Of a DNA stretch of 64,000 nucleotides, positions 52,335 to 64,000 are shown piece after piece. The translations under genes and the position numbers were made by a program. Origin of the DNA: Octopus sinensis (taxonomy: Eukaryota). Every line of letters begins with the position of its first letter. Position 1 is the stretch's first letter. Under the pieces are notes generated by a model, which was not told where the DNA came from, searched no databases, and saw nothing but the letters and a program-made list of their open reading frames with translations. The stretch covers positions 9,733,360 through 9,797,359 of the forward strand of contig NC_043019.1 in NCBI RefSeq assembly GCF_006345805.1. Direction: 5' to 3'.

Positions 52335-53830
52335 ATAGGGCTACTCCTCCAAAAAAGATGGTTCCCTCACAGGAAACCCAATGAGGATAACTGAAACATT
52401 GAATGAACAATTCACAAGCGTCTTCCCCCCACCCCTACAGCACATGCAAGTTAGCAAACCTGTGGAATTCTTTACCTCTACAGAAGCTGAACAGGAGGCA
52501 GTAACAATTGATATCATCAACATCGAAGAAAAGGATGTAATGCTAGCAATAGATGATATAGATGCAAACTCGTCTGCTGGCCCCGAAGGATTCCTAGCAA
52601 TTCTTCTCACGTTATGCAAAAGAGCCTTTGCAAAACCCCTGCAACTTCTTTTTCAGAGCTTCCTTGCAAATGGTGCTCCCAGAAAAACTGAAGGAGGGAA
52701 TAATATGCTCTATTCATAAAAACTAAAGACCTGTTTCTCTGACGTGTCACATCAGGAAATTCATGGAACAAATAGTCCGAAGGGAACTAATTGCATTCCT
52801 TGAAGAGAATGACTTGCTGACTGACACCCAGCATGGTTTTTGAACCAGATAGAAGCTGCCTTACACAGCTCTTGCAGCATTATGATTGGGTGCCAAAGCA
52901 GATGCTCAACAACTCAAATGTGTCATGATATATCTGAACTTTGCAAATGTCTTTCATAATGTTGACCATAGTATGATATGTTACAAGCTGCATAATCTTG
53001 GCATTGTCAGAAAACTTGGAGAATGGCTACATGGCTTTCTAAAAAAGAGAAGTCAGGCAATGGTGACTAATGGAGCCACCTCCAAGGAAAGACAAATAAT
53101 GAGTGGTGTTCCACAGGGAATTGTCTTGGGGCCACTGTTATTCATAGTGGCCCTCTCAGACATTTCCTCAGCTGCTCAGTTAGCAACCCTTGCTAGCTAC
53201 ATAGATGACAAAAAAGTCTCTCAGGGGATACAGAACCTTGGAAATGCTGTGCAGCTGTAGCAGAATTTGGATGCAATATGCAGATGAGCTGAGGAAAATA
53301 ACGTACAGTTTAGTGCTGGAAAAGTCCAAGCCCTGTGCTACTAACATACAAAGCTCAATGAAAAGTAAACAGGATACACAGGCCCAGGAGGGATTGTGAT
53401 CCCTGAACCAAAATCAGTGTTTGACCTGAATATTGACATGAGTAATAATGCATTTTTCCAGGTGCATATTACTAAGATGGCAATAAAAGGCAGACGGCTG
53501 GCTAGATAGATCCTTCGGACTTTCAGAACAAGAGAAGAAGAAACCCTGATGGCTCTCTGGAGGACATTTGTCCTCAACTATTTAGATTACTGCTTCCAGC
53601 TATGGTCACCACCCAGTATAAAATCAAAGACAGAACTCGAAGCAATCTAGCGAAGCTACACTAAGAAGATCATCTCAATGTGACATGTCAGCTACTGGTT
53701 GAGACTAAAAGACTCTACTCCCTAGAACAAAGGCAGGATATTCATCTGGAAAAACCTACAAAAACTTGTACCAAACTTTGGCATTGTCAGTTACACAAAG
53801 AGCAGAACAGAGCACCACTGCATAGAACAA
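52335..53830 (+). mobile_element. degenerate CR1-like LINE RT region
   Basis: DANSSAGPEG, YLNFANVFHNVDH, SGVPQGIVLGPLLF and YIDD motifs. Confidence 0.9.
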
Positions 53831-56800
53831 AAAGGAGGACACTGCTTGTATGATGGTGAAGCTCATTCACAGTTATCGCACAATATCAAAACACTAAAAC
53901 ACAAATGTATAAGTGCAAATGTATATAAACAAGAGGCTTCTTGCAGTTTACATCTGGCAGATCTATTCACAAGGATTTGGTCAACTCAAGGTTATAAGTA
54001 CAAGATACATGGCCAAAGTTCCACACAGTAGAACTGGACTCAAAGCATACAAATGTGTGTGTGTGTGTGTGAGTGTGTGTGTGAGTGCATGTATGTGTGT
54101 GTGTTGTGCGTGTGTATGTGTGTGCCTGATTATTTATGAGAGGAAGCAGAATTATACACCATGTGTATTGAATAATTGTTCTCATCAGAATTTAGCCCCC
54201 TTAAAGTTTCTGTCTTTTTTCCTTATTATTGTTGTTACTGTTACTATCATTGTTTTTATTACTATTTGATTACCCTAAATTTGTCCATATATGCACACAC
54301 ACACGCATGCATACACATGTACACACACACACACACACACATAAACTTCATTTCAACTTGATCTTGTTATTACTAAATTAGCGCCACGAAATGGCTGGTG
54401 GTGATTTGGCAAACGCTGTAGAGTATCTGATACAAGAACTTCCAGCATGCAATCTTATCTCTTTGTTCTGAGTTCAAATATTCACCAGGATCAATTAAAT
54501 AAAGACAAATACTAGTAATATATTGAAATAACTTCTGTCAGCTGCAGCTGATCCCCACAAAACCGTTGCTGTATTGCAATGCATTAATTCTAAGAATCCT
54601 TTTCTTAATAGCCACATAACTTTTACTACTTGGAAAGAATGAGAGAGTGATACGGAGTAGGAGAAAAAAATATTTACAAGTACAGTGGGAAGAACAACAG
54701 ATGCTATACCAAATATGGGAAGTTGTGTTTAGATTTTTGAAGATGCTTGTGCCAACATACACAAAGCATAACTATATGTATATAGTTGTCTAAAATCTGA
54801 GTCGGATAAAATAGACACTCAATATTTGTCAGTATATATCTACTAGATATATTAATCAAAGTATATAGCATAACATATATATTACAGCTAATCTTACTAA
54901 TCAGCGTTGCACCAGATATTGTATAATATGTGTTTTCTTCAAGGATGGCAAGCATGGAAAAAATAGATAAAAGATGCAACTACTCTCTCTTACTTCAGGT
55001 GACAAAATTTCACATATGGTGCTGTGAAAAAAAAAAAAAAAAAAAAAAACAGAAAAAGTTATGGGAGATAATTAAGCAAGTGATTTAGTAAGAGTTATAC
55101 CCCTTGGCATCTTACTCTCTCTTCGCCAAAACATACTGAGTTATGATACCGCAAAGGTCTAGATAACTAAATGTAAAGGACGTGATTTTGAAGGTTTGGT
55201 TTGTGTGTAGGGAGAATTGGGTGAGTGCTCAAACCTTTAACAATAAGTTTAGGAGCATATATGTATGTGCGTTGATGTATGTGTGGTTTAGCCAAGGCTT
55301 TTGCTGGGTTTTAAGGATGTGATGGTGGGAAAACTGATGGTAGAGATCACAGCATTTATAGTCATTGTAGGGCCCAATGTAAGCCAACATGTACCTTCTC
55401 TCATGCAGGCATAGGCCAAAAATCTTGTTTCTGCAGTTTAGGTAGGTGTCCAGGTGAAGATAATTTTTTTAATATAATTCTATTCTTGGTCAGGTACAGT
55501 AGCATGCACTTTCTGCTACTACTAATCTAAGACTTGCACTTCTCTATGATTTTCCACCTGTTGTAATCTGTAGCACTTTCCTTTAATGACCATCCTTGCC
55601 CAGCAAAGTTTATAGCCAAACCACACACACATAGATAGACATATGCATATATACCTAAAAATTCCCCTCAAAGAATGCCCCTACACACATATCATCCGGC
55701 TCAAACCTTCCACTTACACATATATTTACCCAGCAGACTTTTGCTGCATCACAGCTAATTCAGGTTTTTTGCAACCAGTGGCATAACTCTTGATAAGTAC
55801 CTAGATTAATTGTCTCTTGAGACTTCACTTCATCTTTCTTCACAGCACCCACAAAATGAATGTGACATTTTCCCACCTCTAATAAGAGAGAGTAGTGATC
55901 ATATTTTATTGCATACATGCCATTCCTGAAGAGCGTAAGTGTTAGATAACCACCTTGTTACTTAATATAACTGATTGGTAAGTTTGGCTGTAATGGATCT
56001 ATGGTACTGTGTACTTAGATGAACATATATTCATGTGCATACATGTATATACATACATATACACATCTACACACATGCACAGATATATGCATATATGTAC
56101 TCATGTTAACGGGTACATGCATATATATTTGCTTGGAAATATTTCAACAGGCATGATAAAACATAGTAATGAAAACAAGATATAAAGGAAAATAAAACCT
56201 GAAAGATTACTGGGTAGGTTGTTTTGGGTATACCATGTCCCTGTTCACATAATCATTTCTCAAGCTAGGTTCATGCTCAAACACAACAGAATGCATTATA
56301 TAGCATTTTTCTTTTTATATAGTATTTCATGATGAAATATATTAACATCTTGAGAATCTTCTTTTCTAAGTTTGATGTAACACTTTGGTTTTAATTTTAT
56401 GAGCAGGCTGTCTTTTGCATGTGGCTCATACTTTGAACATTATGTATCATTTCAACTTCTGAAAGTCTTTGATACAACAAATGCATAATTTTGTCTGAAA
56501 CTGTTTGATTTTGAACTTCATTTTCGGCATATTTTTCATTATTTTCTTGAGGAAAGATTTTGTTGCCATTTAGAAAATATTGTCCTTTTCCCTATTTTCA
56601 TTGCTTTGTATTGTGTCTTTCTTTGTAAATTTTTTTCTTTTTATCCTTTCATATTTTTCCCTTTAATTATTTCTTTCTCATAGTGCAATGAAAATGTGGT
56701 ACTACAGGTTGGTACCATTAGGAGATGAGGTATTTGTTCATCCATTTGTGATACTGGTCCTAAAGATATTTCCATTGCTATCCTTTGAGTTTTGCCTGGT

Positions 56801-57922
56801 TCTGCTCTGGAAACTTGGGATTGTTGTTCTTGTTGTTGCTGTTACTCTTTATTGCTTTCCTTATTTTCACTGAGTTTTCCCAGTTCTTCAGGGTGTTTAG
56901 CTCTCAGGTGCATTTTGTTCCAGCAAATACCGTGACTAGGTTTTCTTACCCTGTATCATCAATCATGTGCCCTTTATCTTGGTGCCTTCTCCTGCTCTGG
57001 TATTACTCTGTAGCGTTCAGGGGTTACTGGGATCTGAAAGTCTATTTTGACGTCCCCTAACCACAAGTCGCCTTCTTTTAAACCTGCTTAGACTATCATA
57101 CTGATACAGAAGTCATGACTAGCTATTGCTCTACATTGTATCAAATGTCTTTTTATACAATTCTAGGATTTCTTTGACCCATAATCTAGGACACAAAGGT
57201 ACAGGTAGTCACTGTTTTGTCTGTGTTTTCAGTTATACAGTTACAGCAATTTCAGTTGAGATAATTTCTTCTGATTTGTCTTGGAAGGTTTGATATTTTG
57301 ATACTTCCATCTTTTAGTAGACAGAGATATATATTATGTTTCTTTACCTTCTTCTGTGGCAAAGAAATGCTATTAGGTTTTAAAACAATTCTTCCGTCTA
57401 CATTTCTTTTCTTTTAACTCTCATAAGTACAAGAATTTTGTCTTCATTTAACATTGAATGAAGGTTTGTAATCGCATCTCTATTATATTATCAGACTGCA
57501 GCATTTGGAGTTGTGTAAGAGTTGCTATAGTTGTTGTTGTTATTGTCTTCTAAATTGCTTATCTGAGTATGTGAGACATTTTCTTCTATTAAATGTTCAG
57601 TAAAGCATTCATTTTCCTTCTTTCCTTTGTACATTCAGTTGTGTGTTTTGATTTTGTGTATTTTTTTAATCTATTGTGTTGCTTTGTTGTGTAGTACAAT
57701 GTGTGCTGGTCAGTTTTGAGGCGAAAAAGTTATGTGCGTAAATAAAATTTTAAAATTTTGTAAAACAAACTCTTTTTTTTGTTGTCTGCCTACAGACGTC
57801 AAGGGCATGCCCTTCTTAGGCAATTATTGTTCTTTTTCCAAGTACCCCAATGAAAAGTTATATTTGTAATGCTTCATAGAGAATCAAAAATACATCTTCA
57901 GAGCACTAGAGTCAAATATAAT

Positions 57923-57924
<2 letters not shown>

Positions 57925-57953
<29 letters not shown>

Positions 57954-57966
57954 AAGAAGAAGAAGA
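57925..57966. repeat. (AAG)n microsatellite
   Basis: Direct reading. Confidence 0.9.
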
Positions 57967-57979
57967 ACAGCTGCTGCTG

Positions 57980-58565
57980 CTGAAGAAGCGGTGACCAAGC
58001 AAACAACTGTCTCAAGCTGGAAATACCCAGGCCTAGATGGGGTACAAAGGCATTGGTTGAAAAATTTCGCAGCATTTCATAAAAGAATGAAGTGATCAAC
58101 AACTGGGTGAAAATCCCAAACTGGATGACTACAAGTAAAATGGTTCTTTACCAAAAGGATCCTGGTAAAGGTAATGTGGTTTATAATTAGCGGCCTATCT
58201 CTTGTCTGACGCTGACATGGAAGTTGATGACAAAAATAATATCTAATTGCGTATATGACTTCCTGGAAATAAATGACAAGCTGCCATTAGAAGAGAAGTG
58301 ATGCAGAAAGAAAAGCCAAGAGACAAAGGATCGACTTCTGACAGTCAGAATCGTGATGAATGACTGCAAGGCATAGAAATCTGGGTATAGTGTGGCTCGA
58401 GTATAAGAAAGTGTCTGATATAGTCCCCGACTCTTGGATTTTAGAAAGTCATGAGTTGGTACTGGCGTCTGATAACATTTCAGATTTTATCAGGCGATCA
58501 ATGAAGAACTGGAATACAGAGTTAACATCATGTGGAAAACTTTTGGCAAAGGTTAACATCAAGAT
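57980..58565 (+). mobile_element. R4/Dong-like non-LTR RT fragment
   Basis: WKYPGLDGVQ..WLKNF, RPISCL, HRNLGIVWLEYKKVSDIVPDSWILES, RSMKNWNTEL. Confidence 0.75.
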
Positions 58566-58569
58566 TTGT

Positions 58570-59550
58570 ATGATACCCTCCATACAGTTCACAATGGAAA
58601 AAAAAAGGTCAATCAGCTGGCATTCCTGGACATATTAATAACATGATCAAGTATGGATTCAGGACATCCGTATACCGCAAGCCGACCTTCACTGGACGAT
58701 ACCTCAACTTCAACTCCCACCATCCATACAGTGTAAAGAGACTGTTTGCTCAGTGCCTAAAACATCAAGCAATGAATATAAGTAGTGATCGTGATACCCA
58801 CCACAAAGAAATGATCAAGCTCAGTAACAATCTGTTAAGCAACAACTACCCCAGAAGCATACTCTCCCCTCTAATTATGAAGAAAAGAGAAGATGCAACC
58901 AATAAACTGTCTACAGTCTGTCTACCCTATGTGAAAGGCCTCTCCAAAAAGATACAAAAGATATGCGGCTCATATGACATCAGGACAGTATTCAAGAGTA
59001 ATACAACACTTCACAAATATCTACTTTGAGTAAAACCACCAACAGAAGAGAATATGACTAAGAACTGTGTGTACTCCATCCCATGTAGCTATGGTAGGTT
59101 ATACAAAGGCAAAACATGCCACCCCTCAAATAAGGGTAGAGAAACATCGCAAAGCTGTGACACAGGGAAATATTGATAATATTGATAAAAATGGAGACCA
59201 CCTCCCCCTGTTAGATGAAGTTAAAATAATAGACTGAGAACACCACTGGAAAATATGAAAACCAAAAGAAGCAGCACATATGCCAGGACACAACAACCTC
59301 CTAAGCAGACCAAGTGCAGATATGAGCAGCATATGGGAACCGGTATTAAGGAAGGATAGGAAAATATTAGATTTATAAGCCCTAAAATTCACTCCATAAT
59401 TGCCCACGGGCATATGGTGTAGTGGTTAAGAGCGTGGGCTGCTAATCCCAAGATTCCGAATAATAATAATAATAATAATAATAACAACAACATGGAAAAA
59501 TACGTTAGGAATGAGAAGCCAGGTTGGAAATTTCTGCAGACACCTGATGA
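58570..59550 (+). mobile_element. Penelope-like element 3' part: RT C-terminus, GIY-YIG endonuclease, terminal repeat start
   Basis: TSVYRKPTFTGRYLNFNSHHP, LPYVKGLS, KNCVYSIPCSYGRLYKGKT; ends at CTGATGA 59544-59550 (truncated hammerhead). Confidence 0.9.
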
Positions 59551-59789
59551 AACCTCATGGTTCAGGTGTTGTGCCTTTCGTAGAAAAGATCAATTAGCAC
59601 ACCAGTCAAAATACTTAATAGCATTGCATATGTTTTTATGTCTTGAGCTCAAGTTCCACTAGTGTCAATGAAATGAGTACCAGTTGAACACTGGGGTTGA
59701 TTTAATTGACTAACCCCCTCCTCCAACATTTTAGATCTTGTGCCTATAGTAGAAAGGATTATCATTATTAGTGTTATTGGTGAGCCCAT

Positions 59790-60785
59790 CTGCTCTCCAT
59801 TTGTAAGACATGCCTTTCCACAACCCATCTCTTTAACAGAACTGCAATATTGGGTGAAGAAAAGACCAAGATTAGGTGCCTGGCATCTGGAATGTTGTTA
59901 AGCACTCGCTGCCTTCTCCCAGCCAAGGAATATGGTCAGTGGAAGTTCTATGTTAGAAATATATAGTAATCCAGTGGTAAATAAGATTGATAACACCCTC
60001 AAGAAAATTCTAGGCATTGACAAGGATGAACTTTTCTGGTTTGTTTGAGAGAACTTTTCGGCTCAGCACTCACTACCATGGATAGCTTCCAGATAGCTTC
60101 CCTGAACTGCCAGTTCAAGATAAACTCTACAGCCATGGAAACACTGTTGGAAGGGGGCTGTCCATGATGCACCCAAAATGACGAAACTATTCAGCAATCC
60201 TTTGTGCAGTGTCCAAATATTGCTGACATGCCAAGTTTTGTGGGACTGATCCATCTATCAGCTGAATCCAACCTTAACACTGCCTGCAGAGCAAGCGATG
60301 TTCCGCTGTCTAGTGGCTTTGGCAAAAGAGGTTATGTGGTGGACAAGGCTGGATGGATTGAGGAAAGATACCTTCCTCTTCAGTCAAAATCTCATCGTTT
60401 TTGTAAGTTCCACTTGGACAGGAAAGTGGCATGGAGAGGGAGTTACTATCTCCCAGTGAGTTCGTAAAAAGAAGGGTGACTGTGGCAAAAATGGTTGAGA
60501 GAATGGTCTTACTCTAAGTATGTACTTGTAGATTGGAGAGCAGAAGAGAGAGAGCTTGTGGTGGTCAGGGTAATCCTAAATCTGTGGGATTCCTGGACTG
60601 GTCCTAACTGTATCATGAGGACTGCATCATTCATGTTATCACACACCCTATATACTGTCATATTTCACTGCCTTTTCCATTTCTTTTTCCTCATCATTTA
60701 TATAAACCCCCATCCCTTACAAATTGTTCTGTGCGTGTGATATGCTCCTCATTTATACCACTGTGTCTAATAAAAGAAATTATTA
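59790..60785 (+). mobile_element. Tx1/L1-like LINE 3' end
   Basis: Relic zinc-knuckle-like GCP*CTQNDETIQQSFVQCP and KFHLDRKV segments; AATAAA near 60770. Confidence 0.6.
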
Positions 60786-61752
60786 TTATATTATTATCAG
60801 TTGTAACACTGTTATAATTATACTATTATTATTTTTAGCTTGCTAGTTGTAGTATTATAAGCAATATTAAATTTCTTTCAAGTAATACAAAAGATACACA
60901 TAAAATACTCGTGAAATTCTTTTTCCATTCATATTGAACCAACTGAGACTGAGAATTTAAATAATGTGTGAGAATTTTGTATGTAAAATTTCACCAATAT
61001 GTGTGTGAGTAAATGTATATAAAAACATACTAAGGTACACATACTCCTCTCCATATAACTTAAAGTTTCATAGGCTCATATGACAAACTCCACTCTTATC
61101 TGATGATATGGGTTTGTCTACAAGTCCACAAAACTTTTAAATCATATCAGGCAGATTCAAACTTATTAAAGTCCATATGTAACTCCTATCAAATGTATTA
61201 AGTATCACTTTATTTCATTTGTCTACTAATTCGTATATATAAATATTTATTATTTAAGTGCTTGTGTATGTGTGTGTAGATTTGTGGGAATCAAATTTTT
61301 TAAGAACCAGTTCTCTTTTCTGTTACATCTCAAACATCTTACCTATGAAATTAGAGATTGGTTCTTTTTTTTTTCCCCCTCATTCCTAATTTTTTACCAT
61401 GGGAATAACACGATATAAGCCAACAAACATAGAAACATACAAATTTCAATGGCTTTTATACAATTAGTTATTTTTATTTTGTATCACACTTCAAATATTT
61501 CCCCACTGAAACTTGATTTTTAATTTTTCATTGGTTGCATGTTTTACTCTTTATTCATCAACTTTGTCAATTTTTCCAGAAATTATTATCATGAATCTTA
61601 TAGCGAAATTCTATGTAGATATTATCTAATTTTTGTTTTTTTTTAGCATGCTTTCCAGGAGGCAGTATCTTCATCAATGTTCCAAAATGTATGTTAACAA
61701 GATTTACAAATTCATAAAGCCTCATAATTTTATATTACCCTATCAACCACTG

Positions 61753-61815
<63 letters not shown>

Positions 61816-62149
61816 CAGCAATATAGTTTATATTTAAATTACATTACAAATAGTCAGTATTTAGCACTCGATGTACATTCTAATATATATCCAAAAAGAA
61901 AATTGTGTGCTTAAGTGTAAGAGTTTCTTGTATTCCAGAATATGAGACTCTTCTCCGTTTTGCACATATAAACATCATTCATTTTGATGTATATAGTTTG
62001 CATCTTTCTTGTATTTTCCAATCTATGTTAAATTCTTTAGCATTGTGGCTTAAACTCCAGATGTGACTTAATATTTTGGTGGCATTTCTCTTTACAGTAT
62101 ATCTAAAATAGTTGTGTGATTGTTTTGTTGTTTCTTAAAAGTAATTCTC

Positions 62150-63500
62150 TCTTTCCTATATATCTCTTTTGTTTGGTTTTGGAAGTAGGTCCAGTGGTGG
62201 TTACTTCAGCTTTGTATAACCACTACTTGCATATTACATGACATATCTGATCAGCAAGGGGTTGGCTTTCTGAAGATGTATGTGATCTTGATGTTGATTA
62301 TCAGGGTTCTTGGGTATCTTTATGTTGGTGGTTGAGCTGCAGTTGGTTTTGTAGTTATGTTTGTTAAATAATTTGTTGTAACTGATTTATGGGAGAATGC
62401 TTGTTTTTTTTTTGTGCTAAAATATGTTTGACACAGTGTGAGATTGGCGGGGTGAACCATAAGATTTTGCTTTTTAATTTTGTTATTACTTTATTGCACT
62501 TTGGTGTTTTCTACGTAGGTGTACATGATTTTTTTCTCCTTGATATCATTCGATTCTGGAGGTATGTCATTATAACCTGTTGCTCTATAGAATAGTTTCA
62601 TATTAGTTGAGAAAAGAGATAATCTTCTACTTACTAGATTTTGGAACACTAATATAAGATGGTTACAGTTCCAATGTTGGTAATTTAATTTTTCATTGTG
62701 TTTGTGGAAGGTTTGTGATAGGTGTCTGAGAAATCTGCTCTGATGAGGTGTGGGGATCATTTTGAACTCCAAGTTACTTTGCATTTCTTAGGTTTTCATG
62801 AGTCTCTTTTTTGTATGCTCATTCACATCCTTACAAAGGACTAAACCATTTCCCTATTTAATCTAAAACCTATGCTCATGAATTTTTAGAAAGCTCATAC
62901 AGAATCTATAGTCCTATGATGGTCCTCTGCACCATCATTGTAGACAGTCTCTAACCACCCTCATCAACAGCCCAAATCATTGATAATAAAGTAACGACTG
63001 TGGTGGTAGTGCTTCATACTGAAGCAAGTTGGTTGGATTCCCTTTTTGGGGGGAGAAGTGTGAGGGGAGATAGTTGATTGCTTATTTGATCGCTCTTCTC
63101 TAATTCTGGAGCTTATTATCTTGGCTTTCCTAAAAGACTGATTTGAAAAGCAAAATTGAACTTTCCTGTTCAAAATCTAGAAGAATGAATTTACATAGAG
63201 TTGGGAGCTTAATCAGCTGCTTACTATTTTTGCTAATGACAATTTCAAGATGATGAGGATTTATTTTTCTGGTGAAAGAGCTACAAAGCAGGTGTATGAT
63301 TAATGGAATTAACTCCAGTCCTCTTACAATTGAAAGAAATATTAATATCCTTTATGGTTTATTTGTTTCAGTCATTGGACTGTAACGATTCTGAGGCCTT
63401 AAAGAGTTTAGTTGTGCAAATTGACCTCAGTACTTCCTTTTTTTTAAGCCCGGTACTATTGGTAGTATTCTATTGGCATCTTTTGATAAACTGCTAAGTT
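62150..63500 (-). mobile_element. highly degenerate retroelement, possibly Penelope-like
   Basis: Weak minus-strand resemblance (RFLRHLSQTFHKH, KLFNKHNY) to the Penelope RT-endonuclease linker. Confidence 0.3.
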
Positions 63501-64000
63501 ACATGGATGTAAACAAACCAATGCCAGTTGTCAAGTCATGGATGGTGGGAACACAGATACATAAATATAAATATATATATTATGGGCTTTTCAGTTTCTG
63601 TCCAGCAGATCCATTCACAAGGCATTGTTCGACTCAGAGTTCTAGTAGAATGCATTTACTCAAGGTGCTATGCAATCGGACAGAACCCAGAAGTTCATGG
63701 TTAGGAAAGCAAGCTAAATAGCAATTAAAAAATTCTTACATTTTCCTAAGGCTTGAAATGTATGTGAGAGAAGTACAATCCCAGGAAGTGAATTTACCCT
63801 AGCATGTTGCTGATACTTGTTTTTATTGATCTTAGAAGAAATTGTAATCAGAATGTAAATGACCATGATTCTATTTAATCTAACATGCTACTACCGCTGA
63901 CTCTATCCAATACATAATAATAATAATAATGATAATAATAATGATAATTTATAATTTAGTACAAGACCATGCATTTGTTGGGGATGGGAACAGGTATTTA

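Noticed and set aside
56670-57600. Possible minus-strand LINE C-terminal relic
   Set aside because: Resemblance too weak to assign a family by eye.

Overview
AT-rich eukaryotic DNA dense in microsatellites and transposons. The SINE/LINE families look cephalopod (octopus-like); this is inference, not a database result. The window lies inside one + strand gene, the couch potato / RBPMS / mec-8 RRM gene. Four coding exons join in frame: 14949-15002 (GYEGSLLKVTNKNGKNTS), 20957-21019 (PVGFVTFNSRVEAEAAKQDLQ), 48615-48753 ([22 protein letters not shown]...HPLTG) and 49880-50028 (ELGAAFFPGSPEAW...QVPVR). The N-terminal exon(s) are upstream of the window, and no terminal exon could be identified with confidence. 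The introns hold RTE, CR1-like, Tx1-like, R4/Dong-like and Penelope-like retroelements, Tc1/mariner relics, a Helitron helicase fragment, a MITE and many SINEs. Nearly all ORFs in the supplied track are microsatellite or TE artefacts. Best leads: (1) an in-frame 18-nt microexon candidate (32280-32297, SLHCYL) inside the RRM; (2) a CAC/GCAC-packed truncating exon candidate and paired GCAC 13-mers, suggesting Cpo autoregulation; (3) several Penelope-type hammerhead ribozymes, one canonical and clamped by a 51-bp inverted repeat, two with a U3-A8 covariant core; (4) fold-back and inversion junctions at (TA)n tracts; (5) opposite strand biases of SINE families. TE boundaries are approximate and everything was read by eye.
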